Source: Tubulanus polymorphus
Lineage: Eukaryota; Animalia; Nemertea
Length of the DNA stretch: 64,000 bases
NCBI RefSeq assembly: GCF_964204645.1
Contig: NC_134026.1
Coordinates: 11,679,950-11,743,949, forward strand
Reading direction: 5' to 3'
In this document: positions 57,601 to 64,000 of the stretch, in pieces
How positions within the stretch are numbered: the stretch's first letter is position 1
How the letters are laid out: every line of letters begins with the position of its first letter
The notes under the pieces: generated by a model
What the model saw: only the letters and a program-made list of their open reading frames with translations
Databases searched by the model: none
Told to the model about the DNA's origin: nothing
Translations under genes and position numbers: made by a program

Positions 57601-60128
57601 AGGAGCAGATGGAATTCCTGACTTCCCCTTTCCACTCACTTGACAATCATGACAAGTTTGACAGAATTTCACTACTGAGCTTTTCAAACCAGGCCAAAAG
57701 AAATGTCTCAAAATCTTACTATACGTCTTATTGACGCCCAGATGACCTCCAAATGGAGTTTCATGCGCAAAATGTAATATATCAGAACGATATTCAACAG
57801 GTATAACAATTTGATAAACTGTTTGCCAATCGTTATTAGCAGGCGCCGTAGGCGGTCGCCACTTACGCATCAATATACCGGACTGATAGAAATAACCAGT
57901 AGAACTATCTAGAAGTTGTTCTTTTGAATCAACAGCACTATTCATGATATTTGTCAAACTCTGATCAGACGACTGTAAAACAACCAAATTATCTTTAGAC
58001 AACAAATTACAGTCAGGTATATCACAAGCAGAATTTTCAAATATTTTCTGAAGAAACGTTTTATCTAAATCAACTGCTAAATTTTCAGCACTATCACCAG
58101 ACAATTCAGAGATTTCTGTTTCCAAAGATTTAGACCTACTACGAGTCGTTACACAAGCAGGAAATAATCCTGGCGTTATTTCATTCAAATTCCCTGTCGC
58201 CTCGTCACAGTTTGGGATCAAGCTAACAACTGGATTTAAGTTAACCTCTCCTCCAGCAATATCATTACCAAGTAAGAATTTTATATCTTTTACCGGTATA
58301 GAAGTACAGACCCCAACAACGAAAGATCCATTAATTATTGCCGAATTTAAATGAACTTTATGTAATGGTATACTCAGAACTTCATTGCCTACACCCTTAA
58401 TTAAGACATCTCTACCTGTATATGTTTTATCAGACAATGGCAACGTATTTTCTAGAATAAGACTTTGCGATGAACCAGTATCTCTAAGCATTTTAACACT
58501 CACTGACGGAGATGAATCAATAGATACCGTACAGTCAGAAACAAAAGGATCATACAACTTAACCGAAGTAGAATGCATTTCAGGTTTACTTTGAAATTGT
58601 AGTGTTGTAGTGAGAACGGAACCAGACTGAGGTGAAGATGTACTATAAGTTTTCTCATTTTCACGTTTGTTTTGTAGCTTAAAGCAATTAGACATAATAT
58701 GACCTTGCTTTTTACAGTAGTGACACACAATGGATTTATTTACATCCTTTCTAACTGTAGAATTATCAACCGTTTGAACTTTAGGTTTGAATTGTTGATT
58801 TTTATTAACTTTATGAATCAATGAATATTCATCAGATGATTTAGCTGCTTCTGATAGATTATCAATTTTCCGTTCATCTAAATACGTATGTAAACTAGGA
58901 AAAATATAACGTTTGAATTCTTCTAATAAGATAACTTGACGTAAACTCTCATAATCACGATTAACCGATTTTGAATCACACCAACGGTCGAAAAGCACCT
59001 CTTTTTCACGTGCAAACCCAACGTAAGTTTCGTTTTCATCTTTCTTTCGGTTTCGAAATTTTTGCCGATATGCTTCAGGAACTAATTCATACGCACGCAA
59101 AATTGACTGTTTAACGGTTTCATAGTTAGCACTATCTTCCGGTGACAAAGAAGAATAAGCATTTTGAGCTTTACCGACTAAAACGCTTTGCAATAAGAGT
59201 GGCCAAAATTGCTTTTGCCAATTAAGGCTTACCGCGACTTTTTCGAATAATAAAAAGTACTTATCTATTTCTTTTTCATTGAATGCAGGTACCAGACGGA
59301 TGTGTTTCGTAACGTCGAAGTCCGTGTCTCGATGACGGTTGCTATTAAATTCAAGTTCTTTCAGACGCAGGTCGTACTCCAGTTCCATTTCCTTCAAACA
59401 CTTTTCAGGCGTGTCTCGTATTGCAGTTCCAATTCACGAATCTCTGTATTTTCTGAAATAGGCTTGCATTCCGAATCTTTGAATATACCCTTCGCAACCA
59501 AATAACTGGCAATAATATGTTTAATTTCATCTTTCTTCATTGACATTTTACACGAAACATCATAATGTTCGGCAACAGACATGAGATCAGTTTTTCTGAG
59601 TCTATCCAAATATTCACTCGACGGTGACTTCAGAAATTCCTCCACTGACGACATGATGACTAACGGATGAAGTCAAATAAGGCACAAAACAAAAAATTTC
59701 ACACGGTACCTTAATAGAAAGACGGAGACTTCATCCGCAGTCGAGAACCAGTACTACGTATGCTGAATGATATTTGCCGACGTTCAGTAAGGACGAGCCC
59801 CCACTTTGTTACGACCAATTGAGAATCCTCTGGAAATCTTGTTGCGAATTCCTCGAAGTCAAGTATTAAAGACCAGCGACTTCCACATTTCAGATAACAG
59901 CAATTTATTTTACGTAGTACTGGTCTGGCCGTAACTCTCGAACTGCCTGCATGTTCACAAAACCAGATATTTATATTGAAGACCGTGACTGTGAACAGAC
60001 AGTACAGTTCAGTGGTTCTTAGCACACATTATATATAGAAGTTATACAGACAGTTTAACAGAGAAATATGAATATACAAGATAGAATACCATGGAGATTA
60101 TATACATTTCACATACATGGACATAACA
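54679..60128 (-). mobile_element. Gmr1-like Ty3/Gypsy LTR retrotransposon (PR-IN-RT-RH order)
   Basis: 322-bp LTRs (54679-55000 and 59807-60128, two differences seen); ATACC TSD; PBS TGGGGGCTCGTCC (tRNA-Pro) at 59803-59791; G-rich PPT next to 55001. Confidence 0.96.
55159..59654 (-). pseudogene. gag-pol polyprotein with one frameshift (near 59395) and one in-frame stop (56905-56907)
   Basis: CHYCKKQGHIMSNC knuckle; LRDTGS protease; HHCC and DDE integrase; then YLDD RT and VDAS..TDH RNase H. Confidence 0.93.
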
Positions 60129-60810
60129 ATACCTAAACAATTTTAGGCCAGCCGTAGGCTGAGCCTATTACTATACAAATGGAGCAAATATAAATGACAT
60201 GGTTTCCAGAGCTGAGGCTCTTTGACTGTGCAACTGAGCATATATTCATACAAAATATTCATTAGAGCATTACCCATTCGCCAAAGTCACTTTTTACACA
60301 TTTTTGAAGTTTTCAATGGAAATTTTGAAGACACTTCAATCAATAACCTTGACCGTTCACACATATTTGTATCCAAAAAGGGCCCGTCAGCATGAGAAAA
60401 ATTGGGGCGATCGGACGCAAGATGGCCGTCCGGTGACTTTTTCTGTGCCCAAAAATGTCAATTTTGGCCTGAATTCGAGTCCTGCAGCTTCCTCATGGTT
60501 TGGCATTTTTCATCACAAATTGTGAAGGGTATTCTATGAAAAGGGATCTTTTATGCACGTGGCGGCATAAATCTCCTCATATGGAAATTGGGATGACCCA
60601 ATTCTTTGTTCTTGCCACCAGGGGGAGTTAGATATTGAATACTATACAATTTGTCTTCTTACAATGGTGCCTATGCATATTTTGTATCTAAAATCAATTG
60701 CAAACTTGTAGCTCATGGTATATTCTATGATTGCAGTGAGTTTCCAGGTCATTGGTTTCAGTAAATGGTCACCAGGGGGCGTTGAATAGAAGAATAACTT
60801 AGTATTTCAA

Positions 60811-60874
60811 TATGCATGCATGCATGCATGCATGCATACATACATACACACATACACACATACACACAGTCACC

Positions 60875-60970
<96 letters not shown>
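60811..60970. repeat. Compound microsatellite (CATG)n(CATA)n...(TA)n
   Basis: Seen directly. Confidence 0.97.
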
Positions 60971-60972
<2 letters not shown>

Positions 60973-61173
60973 TCACCAGGACCCGGTTTCACGAACGGGG
61001 ATTAAGTCCGTAATTCGAATTAATTCTCTAATTCGAATTAAAATTTTGAGGTTAATTTTCGATGCCCGTTTCACAAACGCGAATTAACTTTATTTCGAAT
61101 TAGTTTAACCCGGAAATCTAATCCTGCCATGGAGAAGGATTAAATCGGCTAATTCGAATTAGTTACTACGAAA

Positions 61174-62657
61174 ATGGCTGCTGCACTGTTTTTTGGAGCG
61201 AGACTCGAACGCAGAAATCGACAGAGTTTCGAATTAGTTGACAATTTTAGTGATGAGGAGATGCGAATGAGATTTGGAAGACAAAGTATTGAATATATAG
61301 AACGTTTAATTGGAGAAAGTATTCAAAGAAATACTCATCGATCAAATGCGATTTCACCATACCACCAAATCCTCGTCACTTTGAGATACTTAGCGACGGG
61401 GGCATTTATGAATGAAATTGGAGACACATTTGGGATTTCAAAGGCATCCGTGTCGAGGATCGTAGAAAGGGTGTGTGCGGTGTTAGTAGAGCACATGGAT
61501 GATTTTATTTGCTGGCCTAATGCCGCTGAACGAACTCGGCAAAAAAGAGAATTTATTGAAATCGCTGGTTTTCCCGGTTGTATTGGCTGCATAGATGGGA
61601 CTCACATCCGCATACAAAGGCCGAGTGAAAATGAACCTGCGTACATCAACCGCAAGTCATATCCATCAATAAACATTCAAGCTATATGCAATAGTAATGG
61701 TAAATAAATCGTCTTATTCAAAAAATTGATACGTCTCTATAAAACTGACAGCGGTGTTTCCGCTCTAGCTAAAACGATATTAATTTTTAGGGACTATTCC
61801 ATTCTGGCCACGAGCCGTTACTTAGAATGACATTAATGGTTAATTGACACTGCAATATCAAAGCAATTGTTTGCAATTGCAATCTTTTTAGAATTCTTAA
61901 AACATATATTTATTCAAAGACACTTTTCACTACTAATGACTTCACCGGTTGTAATAATCAAACCGATAATTCTTTCTGGAATTCAGGTAAATTCATCAAC
62001 ATCGTAAGCAATTGGCCAGGTTCTACGAATGATGCGCACATATTCAACAACTCTGCACTTGGCAGGTAGGCCATCGAAGTGATCCATGGTTGATGTCATC
62101 TATGCCTGAAGGCTAATTCAATTTTATAGGGACATGCTAGTCTTATGAGAAATTAAATTTTAGACACCTTGAAATGAATCATCGTGGATTTGTTAGAGAT
62201 GGTGTGCTTTTAGGAGACAGTGGTTATGGTTGTAAACCGTAACTAGTCACACCCTACCTTGCGCCTTCAACGAGAGGACAAGAAAGGTTGGTTTTGAGAT
62301 CCAACATTTTAGAGTATATACGATTAAATGTATATTTATAATGGTTTGTTTTCCTATCTTGATGGTCAAGGTATAATGTTACGCACAAGAAGACTAGGTG
62401 TCTCATTGAAAGGACATTTGGAGTTTGGAAGAGGCGATTCCATATTCTACATGGTGAAATTCGATTAGCGCCGAGGAAAGCCTGCACTGTTATTACAGCA
62501 TGTGCAATTCTTCATAACATTGCTATAACGATGGGAGAACCCGACTTAGATGTGGGTTTTAATTTTTGATGACGAAGTTGGTGAAAATGATGTAATTGAT
62601 GCCGCAAACGCACGACAGACGGTCAGAGAATTTATCGTCAGCAAATACTTCGACTGA
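61174..62657 (+). pseudogene. HARBI1-like DDE transposase, four exons, premature stop
   Basis: LRYLATG and GCIDGTHI (exon 1 to about 61699); WPGSTNDAHIF (about 61987-62065); LLGDSGY..KP*L (about 62164-62287); [12 protein letters not shown] (from about 62371); GT-AG introns. Confidence 0.9.
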
Positions 62658-62793
62658 GAGAAATGAAAAGCAGAATTTCTTGCAATAAATGACTAAAAAC
62701 TATTTAAATATATTTAAACATATGAATTAAATCTTCAAACAATATTTCAAAACGTAAACGTTTATAAGTTAATTCAATTAATTAAATTCCTGT

Positions 62794-64000
62794 TTACTCT
62801 TCCTGAATTACAATTTCCACCCCGGTTTCTTTCTGCAATTTAGCGATCTCTAGCTGCAACTTTATGTTTTCGAGGTTCAACTTCTGACACGCTAACTTGA
62901 TTCTCTTGTTATCTTCGATTAGATTCAACCATTGCTGATGATTAATGTCAGCTGCAGTTTTACGTTTGGTGTTGTCGACTGCTGTAGTGCTGGTGTCTGT
63001 ATGAGTCGAACTTGGTACCGGTAAAACTGCTTTCAGCGGATGATTTTGGTGACCGTCAGTCTCTTCGATCTCATTCTGATCAAACCCTAAAAATTGTAAA
63101 TTACAGCACCGGTGTTAAAGTGCATAGAATGAATTAATAAATATATGTAATCAATGGGATTCGAACATCAAATTGCCGAGCAATAACGCCTACGATTAAG
63201 CGTTAAGCAAGCTCAAGCACACGCTCTCTGAAGAATTGGACTGGCCCAACGCTCAATCTGAACAAGTTTACCGCAGAATTTCGGAATGAATATATGGATA
63301 CTGAAGGATGATATACTATATGCTAGACATAAAACATTTTGTTCAAAGTGATAGTGCACAAATCGAGGTGAGTCATTTAAAAAATAACAAATTTTCGACG
63401 TGAACTAAAGACATGATTTGAAGAAGGCGATAGGTTGCATCTAAAAGCCACGGAACCTATCACACCCATCCGCGAAATAATAGAATGCTCAAATATTCCT
63501 GGAAGTTAGCAGACGTAAACAAACAAAACGCGAATCGAAAAATAAAAATTATAACAAAATAAATAAAGTTCCAAGGTCGGATATATGAATTGAAGCTATT
63601 GTCTTAACGTGTTGACCTACCTTTACTTTCGATTGGGTTGACAGCTGATATCCCATCCCAATTTCGCGCTCCATCAAAAAATTCGACTATCGCCGAAGTT
63701 GCCTCGTCCAACGATTTTGGAGGTGGCCCACCACCGGTTTTTGCGGCTACGTTTTTCATGGTCATCTTCTCTTGTTTCGCCTTTTTCTGATAGTTCTTCC
63801 AACAAATTTTTACTTCAGGGCCACTTCTCGTGGCGACTCCTAAACTAGAGACGGATCTTGCAATTTCGCTCCATTTCTTTTGTTTACTTATGTTCGTAAT
63901 TCCTTTCGCGTAGTCTAACTGACCATACAACACATCGTAATTGTTTTTGACTAGGTCTACTATCATGTTCTTCTCCTCTCGAGTGAAATTTTGCTTATGT
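62794..64000 (-). CDS. Myb/SANT-like DNA-binding partner protein of the Harbinger element (5' end outside the window, two exons visible)
   Basis: KKWSEIA..RSGPEVKICWKN..KTGGGPP; intron 63620-63087; coiled-coil last exon. Confidence 0.85.

Larger units (their letters stand above)
60980..64000. mobile_element. PIF/Harbinger transposon (right end outside the window)
   Basis: GACCCGGTTTCAC terminus after CAG; subterminal TAATTCGAATTA repeats; convergent transposase and Myb/SANT genes. Confidence 0.88.

Noticed and set aside
60758-61087. IY/YI-repeat ORFs
   Set aside because: Translations of the (TA)n microsatellite

Overview
AT-rich, repeat-saturated eukaryotic DNA, most likely from an animal (invertebrate) genome. 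No host protein-coding gene is recognisable; the window is a nest of mobile elements. Main elements: (1) a recent env-bearing, chromodomain-containing Ty3/Gypsy LTR element (2269-13595) with identical LTRs, intact gag-pol and a disabled F-type env; (2) a solo LTR inside a direct-repeat element; (3) a 14.0-kb Polinton/Maverick-type endogenous DNA virus (18296-32316; AGT...ACT termini, 6-bp TSD) inserted in a foldback element; (4) a Penelope element with a minimal hammerhead ribozyme; (5) several MITEs; (6) a Gmr1-like Gypsy element (integrase before RT); (7) a PIF/Harbinger transposon that runs off the right edge. The Polinton is the most interesting part. Its protein-primed PolB carries a truncated intein at the YxD|TDS site. 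Nearly all its genes start at a poxvirus-like TAAATG motif. It encodes several membrane proteins but no recognisable adenain protease. It also carries a GC-rich, strand-specific, highly base-paired ~290-nt non-coding domain with two hairpin loops both starting with self-complementary GGCGCC, a candidate undescribed viral ncRNA. Family assignments rest on motif recognition by eye and RNA structures on manual pairing; no searches or folding programs were run.
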